Below, in pieces: positions 10,574 to 18,967 of a DNA stretch of 64,000 nt. Under the pieces are notes generated by a model, which saw nothing but the letters and a program-made list of their open reading frames with translations, was not told where the DNA came from and ran no database searches. The DNA is from Thermodesulfobacteriota bacterium. Its GTDB lineage: Bacteria > Desulfobacterota_D > UBA1144 > Nemesobacterales > Nemesobacteraceae. The stretch lies in the NCBI GenBank assembly GCA_965221875.1, contig OZ244920.1, forward strand, positions 361,164-425,163, in the 5' to 3' direction. The translations under genes and the position numbers were made by a program. Every line of letters begins with the position of its first letter. The stretch's first letter is position 1.

Positions 10574-10740
10574 AGAATTACGATAGCTAACAGCACTAAC
10601 TCATTGCCTTGTATTGTCATGAGACTATCTATCCTCCTGATACTCTTTATACTACTATGCCAGGACCACGAACCGGAAGTCCGCAAGAACCTTAATCGTA
10701 CTTTTAATGATACTGATTCATGAAACAATATGTCAAGCAT
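10375..10740 (-). CDS. small single-pass membrane protein with P/A/Q/E-rich tail (...DPFQAPQ)
   Basis: TM segment LVLLAIVILIIGIVLML followed by a low-complexity acidic Pro/Ala/Gln tail; the real start is probably the internal MTIQGNEL. Confidence 0.35.
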   Translation of the reverse strand: MLDILFHESVSLKVRLRFLRTSGSWSWHSSIKSIRRIDSLMTIQGNELVLLAIVILIIGIVLMLNEGGGEQQAAEPPAPPEPQEPQSDADPFQSAQAAPQEASAAAPAAPSGEVDPFQAPQ

Positions 10741-11203
10741 CTTTTCAACACCTCAAACAGCATATGAGACACTTGAACAGGATGCGGAACTGCAGATAGC
10801 ACTCTCGCAAATCCTCTACGGTTGCGTACCGCACGCAACGGAAAAGGAATGTTTGATGATTTTCAAGGAAAGCCCGGAAAAAATCGCCATGCTTGCCGAT
10901 ATCCGGAAAATATCAACTCGGTTTTTCACGGTCGAAAAAGAGGAATTTCCCTCGGTCGCCATGGAAATAAGAATAGCGACGGGGAAAAATCTACGGCTTA
11001 AATACGAGTACTTCTTCCTCACCGAGTCCTCGGAGGAAACTTTTTTTCTATCCACCCTACTAAAATTAGGGAAATACTCCCTTATTTTTCTCTGCGACGA
11101 GACGCACCAATCGGTCACAGTGGAGATGACCGAAGCCGAGATAGAACCGCTGAGCAAGGCCGTTTCTTCAATTGACGAGTGTTTGACAAAGCCAAGGCTT
11201 TAA
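10730..11203 (+). CDS. hypothetical protein
   Basis: 157-aa ORF with no recognisable motifs. Confidence 0.3.
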   Translation: MSSIFSTPQTAYETLEQDAELQIALSQILYGCVPHATEKECLMIFKESPEKIAMLADIRKISTRFFTVEKEEFPSVAMEIRIATGKNLRLKYEYFFLTESSEETFFLSTLLKLGKYSLIFLCDETHQSVTVEMTEAEIEPLSKAVSSIDECLTKPRL

Positions 11204-12219
11204 ATTACCATTGCGCTAACCGCTTCGGAGAGACTCCAAGTTTGAAGTACGTAAAAATCATAGGAACCGGTTCTTCGGTTCCCGACGTCATACTTTCCAA
11301 TTCCGATCTGGAAAAGATGGTAGAAACCTCTGACGAGTGGATTACGTCCAGAACAGGAATAAAAGAACGCAGAATCGCGGATGAAGATACCGCTTCTTCC
11401 GATATCGCTTATGAAGCTGCCGAAAAAGCCCTGAAGGCGGCAAGCGTAAACCCAAGCGATCTTGACGTAATCATAGTCGGAACCATCACCCCCGATTTCC
11501 TTTTTCCTTCAACAGGCTGCGTACTACAGAGTCTCCTGGGAGCAAAAAACGCCTATGCTTTTGATCTTATGGCCGGCTGTTCCGGGTTTCTTTACACGCT
11601 TCACGTAGCCGAGGGAATAATAAAATCGGGTGGCGCGGAGAAAATTCTCGTGATAGGGGTTGATACCCTCTCGAAGGTCACCGACTTCGAGGATCGTTCA
11701 ACCTGCATACTTTTTGGCGACGGGGCAGGTGCCGCGGTTCTCACCGCATCTTCCGAGCCGGGAATTCTCTCATCCATTCTCAGTTCGGACGGAAACGACT
11801 GGGACCTTCTCTATGTTCCTGCGGGAGGGTCGAGAACGCCAATTGACGAGGAAGTGCTTAAGAGCAGGGAGCAATACATAAAGATGAAGGGAAACGATGT
11901 CTTCAAAGTCGCGGTCAAGAGCATAGAGTCGGCAACCATAAACGCCATTAAGGAAGCCGACCTTGCGCCCGAAGATATTGATCTTTTCGTTCCTCACCAA
12001 GCAAACCAAAGAATTTTGGAAGCAGTAAGAAAGAGGCTGAATTTCCCGGAAGAAAAAGTGTTTGTAAACCTAGACAGGTATGGAAACACCTCAGGGGCTT
12101 CAGTTCCGCTGGCACTCGACGAGGCGATTCGCCAAGGAAGGGTAAAAGAAGGAGATCTGCTGCTGTTCGCTGCTTTCGGAGCCGGTTTTACCTGGGGAGC
12201 TTCAGTGGTAAGGCTCTGA
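11179..12219 (+). CDS. fabH: 3-oxoacyl-ACP synthase III
   Basis: KIIGTGSSVPD...SDEWITSRTGIKERR and an active-site Cys in ...MAGCSGF...; the true start is probably a TTG near 11243. Confidence 0.85.
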   Translation: MFDKAKALNYHCANRFGETPSLKYVKIIGTGSSVPDVILSNSDLEKMVETSDEWITSRTGIKERRIADEDTASSDIAYEAAEKALKAASVNPSDLDVIIVGTITPDFLFPSTGCVLQSLLGAKNAYAFDLMAGCSGFLYTLHVAEGIIKSGGAEKILVIGVDTLSKVTDFEDRSTCILFGDGAGAAVLTASSEPGILSSILSSDGNDWDLLYVPAGGSRTPIDEEVLKSREQYIKMKGNDVFKVAVKSIESATINAIKEADLAPEDIDLFVPHQANQRILEAVRKRLNFPEEKVFVNLDRYGNTSGASVPLALDEAIRQGRVKEGDLLLFAAFGAGFTWGASVVRL

Positions 12220-12289
12220 AGACCTTCGCCGACTCCACACCCTGTTTACCCAAGACGTAGCTTTTTTTCTTCACGGAAAAACGCAGAAC

Positions 12290-13183
12290 ATGACTCTTTC
12301 CTCAATCCCAGAGCTTGCAAACATCGTCCTGCCGGCGTTTCTTGTAATCGCCGCAGGCTTTCTCTTCAGCAGGACGAAAAAAATAGACATATCCTCGATC
12401 AACGATCTTGTGGTCTACGTGACCACGCCGTGTTTGATAATCTCGTCTCTCTCGGATTTCACGATGAACCCGTCTGTGACGGCAAAGCTGTTTCTCTCGA
12501 TATCGGCAGTTATTTTCTCTACCATAATAATCGGTGGGGCGCTTACGAAAGCGTTTCGGCTTGACTCGAGGATATATCTGCCTCCCGTGGTTTTCGCGAA
12601 CACGGGAAACCTAGGACTTCCTCTTTGTCTTTTCGCGTTCGGACAGTATGGGTTCAACATCGCGATACTTTGTGTCGTTTCGACCATGCTGCTTCACTAT
12701 ACGGTGGGAATCCTGATTCTCGGGTCCGGAAAGAATCATCTGCGCGAGATATTCAGGCTTCCCCTTATATACGCCACCATAGCCGGAATAATCATAAACT
12801 CAGTCGGCTTTCAGATCCCGGTAGTTATCGAAAGGCCCGTAGCCCTTCTCGGGGATATCACCATACCCGCAATGCTCTTCTCGCTAGGATACAAACTCTC
12901 TGAAATGAAGATCTCCAGGCTTTGGCTTTCCTTTTTCTTTGGCTCCGCCAGAATATTTCTCGGTGTAATCCTCGGAGCGTTGTTCGTGAATCTGTTCGGC
13001 CTCAAGGGAGTGGAGGCGAAAGTGGTTATCTTGGAATGCGCAATGCCTCCCGCGGTTTTTAACTTCGTGCTCGCGGAGAAATACGGCAGGGACTCCGAGA
13101 CGGTCGCGTCAATAATAGTGGCCGGAACGGCAGTTTCCCTTCTGGTTCTTCCGTTCGTTATTTCGTATCTGGTAAACCAGTGA
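12290..13183 (+). CDS. AEC (auxin efflux carrier) family transporter
   Basis: 297 aa, about 8-10 TM; N-terminus and length typical of the AEC/malate-permease family. Confidence 0.7.
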   Translation: MTLSSIPELANIVLPAFLVIAAGFLFSRTKKIDISSINDLVVYVTTPCLIISSLSDFTMNPSVTAKLFLSISAVIFSTIIIGGALTKAFRLDSRIYLPPVVFANTGNLGLPLCLFAFGQYGFNIAILCVVSTMLLHYTVGILILGSGKNHLREIFRLPLIYATIAGIIINSVGFQIPVVIERPVALLGDITIPAMLFSLGYKLSEMKISRLWLSFFFGSARIFLGVILGALFVNLFGLKGVEAKVVILECAMPPAVFNFVLAEKYGRDSETVASIIVAGTAVSLLVLPFVISYLVNQ

Positions 13184-13186
13184 GGA

Positions 13187-13429
13187 TTAGCGGGTTATAT
13201 CTCTGAGGGTAAGCCCCTCATCCCTAAGGTAGGGCATAAGGCCTTTTTTGGTGATCGTTCTCAGTGCGCGGGCAGAAATCCTTATCCTCACGTACCTGTC
13301 TAACTCGGGAACGTAGATTCTCTTCCAGTGCAGGTTCGGATTCTGGCGTCTTTTAACGTGGTTGTTCGCGTGGGAGACGTTGTTTCCGAAAAGGGGTTTT
13401 TTTCCTGTTATAGCGCAACGGCGGGCCAT
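13187..13429 (-). CDS. rpmB: 50S ribosomal protein L28
   Basis: MARRCAITGKKPLFGNNVSHANNHVKRRQNPNLH matches the L28 consensus. Confidence 0.85.
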   Translation of the reverse strand: MARRCAITGKKPLFGNNVSHANNHVKRRQNPNLHWKRIYVPELDRYVRIRISARALRTITKKGLMPYLRDEGLTLRDITR

Positions 13430-13444
13430 CGTGATTTCCTCTGA

Positions 13445-13606
13445 CTACTTGGTCTCCTTAAAGACGACGTGCTTTCTTATCACCGGGTCGTACTTTTTCA
13501 ATTCAAGACGGTCTGGAGTATTCATCTTGTTTTTCTTCGTGTAGTAGATGTAAGGACTCTCGGTGCTCTTCATCTTGACAAGTACTCTGTTTAACGACTT
13601 TCCCAT
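13445..13606 (-). CDS. rpmG: 50S ribosomal protein L33
   Basis: I translated it by hand: [53 protein letters not shown] aligns with E. coli L33 (..[33 protein letters not shown]); it is below the 60-aa cutoff of the ORF track. Confidence 0.8.
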   Translation of the reverse strand: MGKSLNRVLVKMKSTESPYIYYTKKNKMNTPDRLELKKYDPVIRKHVVFKETK

Positions 13607-13685
13607 TGCAACCCCCGAAAAAGTGAATGGTTATTATCCACGAAAAAAAACTGTTTTCAAGAAAAATTTTAAATTTCTTTGGGGA

Positions 13686-14096
13686 TCAGTGATCGCAGCA
13701 GTATTTCCTGCAAAGCCTGAAATTGCGCAGATGTCCGGAAATCATGATAAAAGCGCCGATAAAAGTGAAGACGTATTCCTGGTAGCCCGTAGCCGCAAAT
13801 GCTCCTACCAGAAGGAAGCCCAGTCCCAGGATTCCCAGCATTATCACGTTGAAATCCCTGTGGCGTTTGCAGCCGAGAAATATGGCTATCACGCTTGCGG
13901 GAATGACCAGAAAGAGCAGCAACTCATGGAAAAACTCTTCAAATATAAATGTCGAACCCAAGACCGGAAACAGTATGAGTGCCACCGGCGTCAGAAGACA
14001 ATGGACGACGCAGATCCCCGCAAGGGATATCGAGGTGTAATCGGTGAGCCTCTGAATTCTTAGCGGGTTCATCGTATTGTTAAGCTGCCTCTGCAC
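13686..14096 (-). CDS. Cys-rich 4-TM membrane protein, putative metal-binding (MerC-like?)
   Basis: 136 aa; CVVHC and C-terminal CRKYCCDH motifs; overlaps the stop of the upstream Fur-family regulator, so the two are probably co-transcribed. Confidence 0.4.
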   Translation of the reverse strand: MQRQLNNTMNPLRIQRLTDYTSISLAGICVVHCLLTPVALILFPVLGSTFIFEEFFHELLLFLVIPASVIAIFLGCKRHRDFNVIMLGILGLGFLLVGAFAATGYQEYVFTFIGAFIMISGHLRNFRLCRKYCCDH

Positions 14097-14526
14097 ACTT
14101 CACGCACTGGCCGAAAAGCTGTACGAAATGATCCTTCACTCTGAACCCCTGCTTTTCAACCGAAGAGTAATCAAAATTCTCCACCGGACACTCGGGAAAA
14201 TCGAAAACCCCCTTGCAGTCAACGCACACCATGTGATGAACGTGCTCGCCTTGGGAGAACGCGTAACCGCGACTGCCGTCGGGAAAATGAAGGCGCTTTA
14301 CGATGCCCAACTCCTCGAACATCTCAAGGGTTCTGTAGATGGTTGCAAGCCCCGTGGTGCCAAGTATACCCTTCACCCCGTCGTGTATTTCGCCGACCGA
14401 AAGCGATTTTCCGCTTGTGTGAAGAACATGAACGACAGCTAGGCGCTGTGCAGTGGACTTAAGCCCCTTTTCCCGCAAAACCTCCCTGGCATACGATTCC
14501 TGAGTGGATTCAAAATCTTTCATCAT
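14080..14526 (-). CDS. Fur-family transcriptional regulator (Fur/Zur/PerR)
   Basis: HTH region followed by HHMVCVDCKG...CVKC metal-site motifs typical of the Fur family. Confidence 0.8.
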   Translation of the reverse strand: MMKDFESTQESYAREVLREKGLKSTAQRLAVVHVLHTSGKSLSVGEIHDGVKGILGTTGLATIYRTLEMFEELGIVKRLHFPDGSRGYAFSQGEHVHHMVCVDCKGVFDFPECPVENFDYSSVEKQGFRVKDHFVQLFGQCVKCAEAA

Positions 14527-14536
14527 GAGAATTATT

Positions 14537-14557
14537 AAATGAGAATGATTTTCAATT
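14537..14557 (-). promoter_or_regulatory. Fur-box-like sequence between a putative TTGACG-16-TAGAAT promoter and the fur-family start
   Basis: gaaAATCATTcTC matches 11/13 of the GATAATCATTATC half of the Fur-box consensus; it sits 11 bp upstream of the start codon. Confidence 0.25.
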
Positions 14558-14667
14558 GGCTTTTATTCTAAATCAGTTATTGCGAACCGTCAAGAGCGAA
14601 AACCTAAATTAAAAAGACATAGTCCCGGGAGGCAAAAAAGGCGTTTCTCGAAGCCAGTTCCCAGCAA

Positions 14668-15429
14668 TTACTTGGCTATAATGCCACCGTCTATTGAAAG
14701 CATTGAGCCCGTGTTGAACATGACCTTATCATCGCAGAGAAACACAACCGCTTCAGCTATTTCGTACGGGTCGGCCAGCCGCCCCATGGGGTGAAGCGAC
14801 TCCATAAAAGCCTGGGCCGCTTCGGCATCTTCGGCTCTTTCAAGATAGGAATCGAACATTGGCGTCCAAACCCCGCCGGGACAGACAGCGTTTACCCTAA
14901 GTCCCTTGTCCGCGTACTCAAGGGCCATGCTTCTTGTTAACTGAACAAGGGCCCCCTTGGATGCCGAGTAGGCCGAAAGTCCCGCAAAACCCTTTAACCC
15001 TATAACAGAAGAGTTATTGACGATAAAGCCCCTGCCCGCAGAAATCATGTGAGGAATCGCGTATTTGCACATCATGAACGCTCCTTTCACGTTTATGTCA
15101 AAAATCTGCTGGAACCTTTCAATCTCGACTTCGTGAAGGGGGCCGGAAAAAATGATGCCGGCGTTGTTAAAAAGAATGTCGATCTTTCCGTGCTCGCGAA
15201 AAGCGGTCTCCACGGTGGCCGCGCAGTCGCTCTCGACTGAAACGTCACAGACCTTGTACTCTATAGAAAGTCCTTCTTCCTCCGCCCTGCCGCATAGCTC
15301 TTTTAGCTTCTCTTCCCTTCTTCCGGCAATCAGAACCCTAGCTCCGTTTCGCGCCAGCAAAAGTGCCGTCGCTTCACCGATTCCCGTTCCTCCACCGGTA
15401 ATGATCGCCGAGCGTCCTTTAAATCTCAT
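14668..15429 (-). CDS. SDR-family oxidoreductase
   Basis: TGGGTGIGEA Rossmann motif and YxxxK catalytic motif. Confidence 0.8.
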   Translation of the reverse strand: MRFKGRSAIITGGGTGIGEATALLLARNGARVLIAGRREEKLKELCGRAEEEGLSIEYKVCDVSVESDCAATVETAFREHGKIDILFNNAGIIFSGPLHEVEIERFQQIFDINVKGAFMMCKYAIPHMISAGRGFIVNNSSVIGLKGFAGLSAYSASKGALVQLTRSMALEYADKGLRVNAVCPGGVWTPMFDSYLERAEDAEAAQAFMESLHPMGRLADPYEIAEAVVFLCDDKVMFNTGSMLSIDGGIIAK

Positions 15430-15470
15430 CGTAAACTTCGCAGAAACATACTTTCTTACAGGTCAGAAAC

Positions 15471-16787
15471 TTACTGGAAAACCGCAAGCAGCACTCCTGC
15501 CGCTACGGCCGAACCCACAACCCCTGCCACGTTCGGACCCATAGCGTGCATCAGAAGCACATTCTGAGGATCTTCCCTGGCCCCCATATCCTGCGAGACG
15601 CGGGCGGCCATCGGAACCGCCGAAACCCCTGCCGAACCGATCAGGGGATTGATCTTGGTTTCGGAGAAAACATTCATAAGCTTGGCCATTAACACCCCGG
15701 AGGCCGTGCCTATGCAGAAGGCCACGATCCCCAGAAGAAGTATGCCGAGAGTCTCAAGGGAGAGAAATTCCGAGGCCAAAAGCTGCGAGCCGACTCCGAG
15801 GCCGAGGAATATCGTAACGATGTTGATAAGCGCGTTTCTCGTCGTATCCGAGAGCCGGTCGACCACTCCGCACTCCCTCATCAGGTTACCGAAAGCGAAA
15901 AAACCTATTAGAGGCGCCGCAGACGGAAGAAAAAGAAGGCAGAGGGTAAGGGCAATCAACGGAAACATTATTCTTTCTCTCTTCGCCACCGGACGAAGCT
16001 GGCTCATCCTTATTTTTCTCTCTTCAGGGGAAGTGAGAGCTTTCATTATCGGGGGCTGGATTATCGGCACGAGAGCCATGTAGGAATACGCGGCGACCGA
16101 GACCGCACCGAGAAGCCTCGGGGAGAGCTGCGAAGAAATGTAAATAGAGGTCGGTCCGTCCGCTGACCCTATTATTCCTATCGACGCCGCGTCTTTTAGG
16201 GAAAAATCGATCCCGTGCACGTACTGGGCAAGCACGAGCGCGCCGAGCAATGTCGAGAAAATGCCGAACTGCGCGGCGCCTCCCAGAAGAACCGTCTTAG
16301 GGTTGGCCAGAAGCGGGCCGAAATCTGTAAGCGCCCCCACTCCCATGAATATCAGAAGGGGGAAGATACCGGTCTTTATGCCGACATCGTACACGTAGTA
16401 AAGTACCCCGCCGGGGTCGTTTATCCCCGCAAGCGGAATGTTGGCCAATATGCACCCGAAAGCTATCGTAACCAGAAGAAGAGGTTCGAATTTCTTCGCA
16501 ATCCCCAGGTAGAGAAGAAGGAATCCCACCAGAATCATCAAAAACATCCCGAATCCGTTAACCCAAGAAATTGCGTTGCCCGCAATAAACCCGTAGATGC
16601 CGGTACTGGTAGCAACATTTTTCAAAAGCTGGGAAAAAGATGCAAGCTCGTTGGGTTGCTCCGCGACGGTCGCCGCGTCGCTTACCGTCTCCCCGAGACA
16701 GTCGGGTGCCCCGGTGAACATTCCCAGGGAAAACGCAAGGACTGCGAAAATAAGTATAAATTTTTTCATGCGCTCAAGAGGGAACAA
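15471..16787 (-). CDS. oadB: Na+-translocating decarboxylase beta subunit (oxaloacetate decarboxylase type)
   Basis: 438-aa polytopic membrane protein; OadB/GcdB/MmdB-family N-terminus; overlaps oadA by 14 nt. Confidence 0.8.
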   Translation of the reverse strand: MFPLERMKKFILIFAVLAFSLGMFTGAPDCLGETVSDAATVAEQPNELASFSQLLKNVATSTGIYGFIAGNAISWVNGFGMFLMILVGFLLLYLGIAKKFEPLLLVTIAFGCILANIPLAGINDPGGVLYYVYDVGIKTGIFPLLIFMGVGALTDFGPLLANPKTVLLGGAAQFGIFSTLLGALVLAQYVHGIDFSLKDAASIGIIGSADGPTSIYISSQLSPRLLGAVSVAAYSYMALVPIIQPPIMKALTSPEERKIRMSQLRPVAKRERIMFPLIALTLCLLFLPSAAPLIGFFAFGNLMRECGVVDRLSDTTRNALINIVTIFLGLGVGSQLLASEFLSLETLGILLLGIVAFCIGTASGVLMAKLMNVFSETKINPLIGSAGVSAVPMAARVSQDMGAREDPQNVLLMHAMGPNVAGVVGSAVAAGVLLAVFQ

Positions 16788-18591
16788 TGGTGAGGATAAG
16801 CTGACCCGTCTCTACTACCTGTCCCTGTTCGACCTCGATGGACACCACTTCCCCGTCGCACGGAGAAGCGACCGGAGTTTCCATCTTCATGGCTTCAAGC
16901 ATGATCAGCGTCTGATTTTCCTTTATCTTTTCCCCAACGCCGACCAGCACCCTGTACACATTGCCGGGCACGCTCGCCGTAACGGCCACAACATCGGGAG
17001 AATCTTCATCCATTGCAGAGGATGTCTTAGGCGCGGGAGCTTCCGTTACCGAGGCAACCTCCGAAGTTCCTTCCTTTACGGTCACATTGTAGCTTCTCCC
17101 GTCAACCGTAATGACGAAGTTTTCCCCCGTACCGGACACCTTTGACGCTACGCTCGTACCGAGACCGCGTCCCTGCTGAGGCTGCTCTTCAGGCTTGTCT
17201 TTTCTTACGTTGACGCTGAAATTCCCCTTGAGAAAGTCAAGGCCCTTGTTTCCGCCCTGGGTCTGAAGCGCCCCGACTATGAATATGTTTTCCTCGGTGA
17301 CGGGAAGGCCTTCTTTTTCGAGAATCTCGGTTGCCTTCGGAATGCCGGGCTCAAGTATGTCGAGCGGGTCGCCATCAAAGCGGGGCTTGCCCATCTGCTC
17401 TTCCGCTATCGCCACGACCTCGGGATCGGGCTCGACGGGCGTGCGTCCGAAATAGCCGAGCACCATGTTCCCGTAACCGTCAGTGATCTTCTTCCAAGTT
17501 CCCTGGGTGACGTTGGCGTAGGCCTGCTGGAAATAGAACTGGGAAACCGGGGTAACCGATGTTCCGAATCCTCCCTTCGCGACGCATTCGCTCATAGCCT
17601 CGATAACCTGCGGGTAAAGATCGAGGGTGCCCGTGTCTCTCATCATCATGGTGTTTGCGGTAAGCGCTCCGCCGGGCATCGGAGAGAGAAGAACCTCCGA
17701 AGAAACCCGTAGAGCTTCGGGAGGGAAGTAATAGCCGGACATGCATTCCCTGAACACGGAATTTGCCTCGAGAACCTTGTTTATGTCCACATCCAACGTG
17801 TATTCCGTCCCCTTAAGGGCGTTCCACATGGATATAAGGTCGGGCTGGGAAGTTCCCCCGGAAACGGGGGCTCTGGCGACGCAGATTCCGTCGCACCCGC
17901 CGTTTATGGCGGCCATGTACTGATTGACTCCCTGAGCGGCCGTCTCATGGGTGTGCACCCAGAGAATGATGTTCTCTCCGACGAGCTTTCTTGCTGCCTT
18001 GAGGGTCTCGTAAATCTTTTTGGGATTCGAGGTTCCAGAAGCGTCCTTGAAGCATATGGAATCGTAGGGAAGCCCCGAATCAAGTATTTTCCTCAGCCTG
18101 TCTATATAGAAATCCACGTCGTGGGCTCCTTCGCAGCCTGGAGGAAGCTCCATGAGCGTTACCACAGCCTGGTGGTGCAGGCCTGCATCTCTTATGCACT
18201 GCCCCGAGTACTCGAGGTTTCTTACATCGTTTAAGGCGTCGAAGTTTCTTATGTGAGTTATGCCATGTTTTTTGAACATCCTGGCGTGGAGATCTATCAT
18301 GTCCTTGGGCTGCTGGGACAGGGCAACAACATTGATCCCCCTTGCAAGGGTCTGCAGGTTAGCATCCGGTCCCGCTGCCTCCCGGAAGCGGTCCATCATA
18401 TCAAAAGCGGACTCCCCGCAGTAGAGAAACAGGCTCTGGAACCTGGCTCCCCCGCCAGCCTCAAAGTGGGTTATCCCGGCTTCCCTGGCGGCTTCAACAG
18501 CCGGGATGAAGTCTTCTGTAAGCACCCTCGCGCCGAAAACGGACTGAAACCCGTCGCGAAAGGATGTATCCTGAAATAATATTTTTTTCAT
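16774..18591 (-). CDS. oadA: oxaloacetate decarboxylase alpha subunit (carboxyltransferase plus C-terminal biotinyl domain)
   Basis: HMGL-like/5S carboxyltransferase N-terminus (FRDGFQS) and a C-terminal EAMKMETP biotinyl motif. Confidence 0.85.
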   Translation of the reverse strand: MKKILFQDTSFRDGFQSVFGARVLTEDFIPAVEAAREAGITHFEAGGGARFQSLFLYCGESAFDMMDRFREAAGPDANLQTLARGINVVALSQQPKDMIDLHARMFKKHGITHIRNFDALNDVRNLEYSGQCIRDAGLHHQAVVTLMELPPGCEGAHDVDFYIDRLRKILDSGLPYDSICFKDASGTSNPKKIYETLKAARKLVGENIILWVHTHETAAQGVNQYMAAINGGCDGICVARAPVSGGTSQPDLISMWNALKGTEYTLDVDINKVLEANSVFRECMSGYYFPPEALRVSSEVLLSPMPGGALTANTMMMRDTGTLDLYPQVIEAMSECVAKGGFGTSVTPVSQFYFQQAYANVTQGTWKKITDGYGNMVLGYFGRTPVEPDPEVVAIAEEQMGKPRFDGDPLDILEPGIPKATEILEKEGLPVTEENIFIVGALQTQGGNKGLDFLKGNFSVNVRKDKPEEQPQQGRGLGTSVASKVSGTGENFVITVDGRSYNVTVKEGTSEVASVTEAPAPKTSSAMDEDSPDVVAVTASVPGNVYRVLVGVGEKIKENQTLIMLEAMKMETPVASPCDGEVVSIEVEQGQVVETGQLILTIVPS

Positions 18592-18616
18592 GACAAGACC
18601 CTGAGATTTTCAAGAC

Positions 18617-18841
18617 CTAGCCGTCGCCAGCATTCTTCGCCTTGTAGGCCGCAACTGCCGCGGCTATGACTGGAATGACGTCCCTTCTGGATTTTTTGGA
18701 CGCCCCGGGATCCGAGGGCACATGCATGTCGCTGTCTTTAAAAAGCTTCGCAGACAGCATCACGCTTATCATCAATACAAGCAGAAAAACATATACTATG
18801 GACATACCAATGACCATGAGTTTTACGCCTTCAAGGATCAT
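18617..18841 (-). CDS. oadG: oxaloacetate decarboxylase gamma subunit
   Basis: 74-aa single-TM protein immediately upstream of oadA, with an OadG-like hydrophobic N-terminus and an Ala-rich C-terminus. Confidence 0.6.
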   Translation of the reverse strand: MILEGVKLMVIGMSIVYVFLLVLMISVMLSAKLFKDSDMHVPSDPGASKKSRRDVIPVIAAAVAAYKAKNAGDG

Positions 18842-18967
18842 AGTGGACGAAGAATCTCAAAAACCGTTTGAATTTGATGAGTATCAATTATTTACAAGAA
18901 CTTGTTTGTTGTCAATCTGCGGCGAAGCCTCCGGCGTCGCGTCCGCGCCGCGGATTCCCGAGTTCCC

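Noticed and set aside
13563-14063. 166-aa plus-strand ORF
   Set aside because: It is antisense to, and fully overlapped by, the better-supported Cys-rich membrane protein and fur-family genes.
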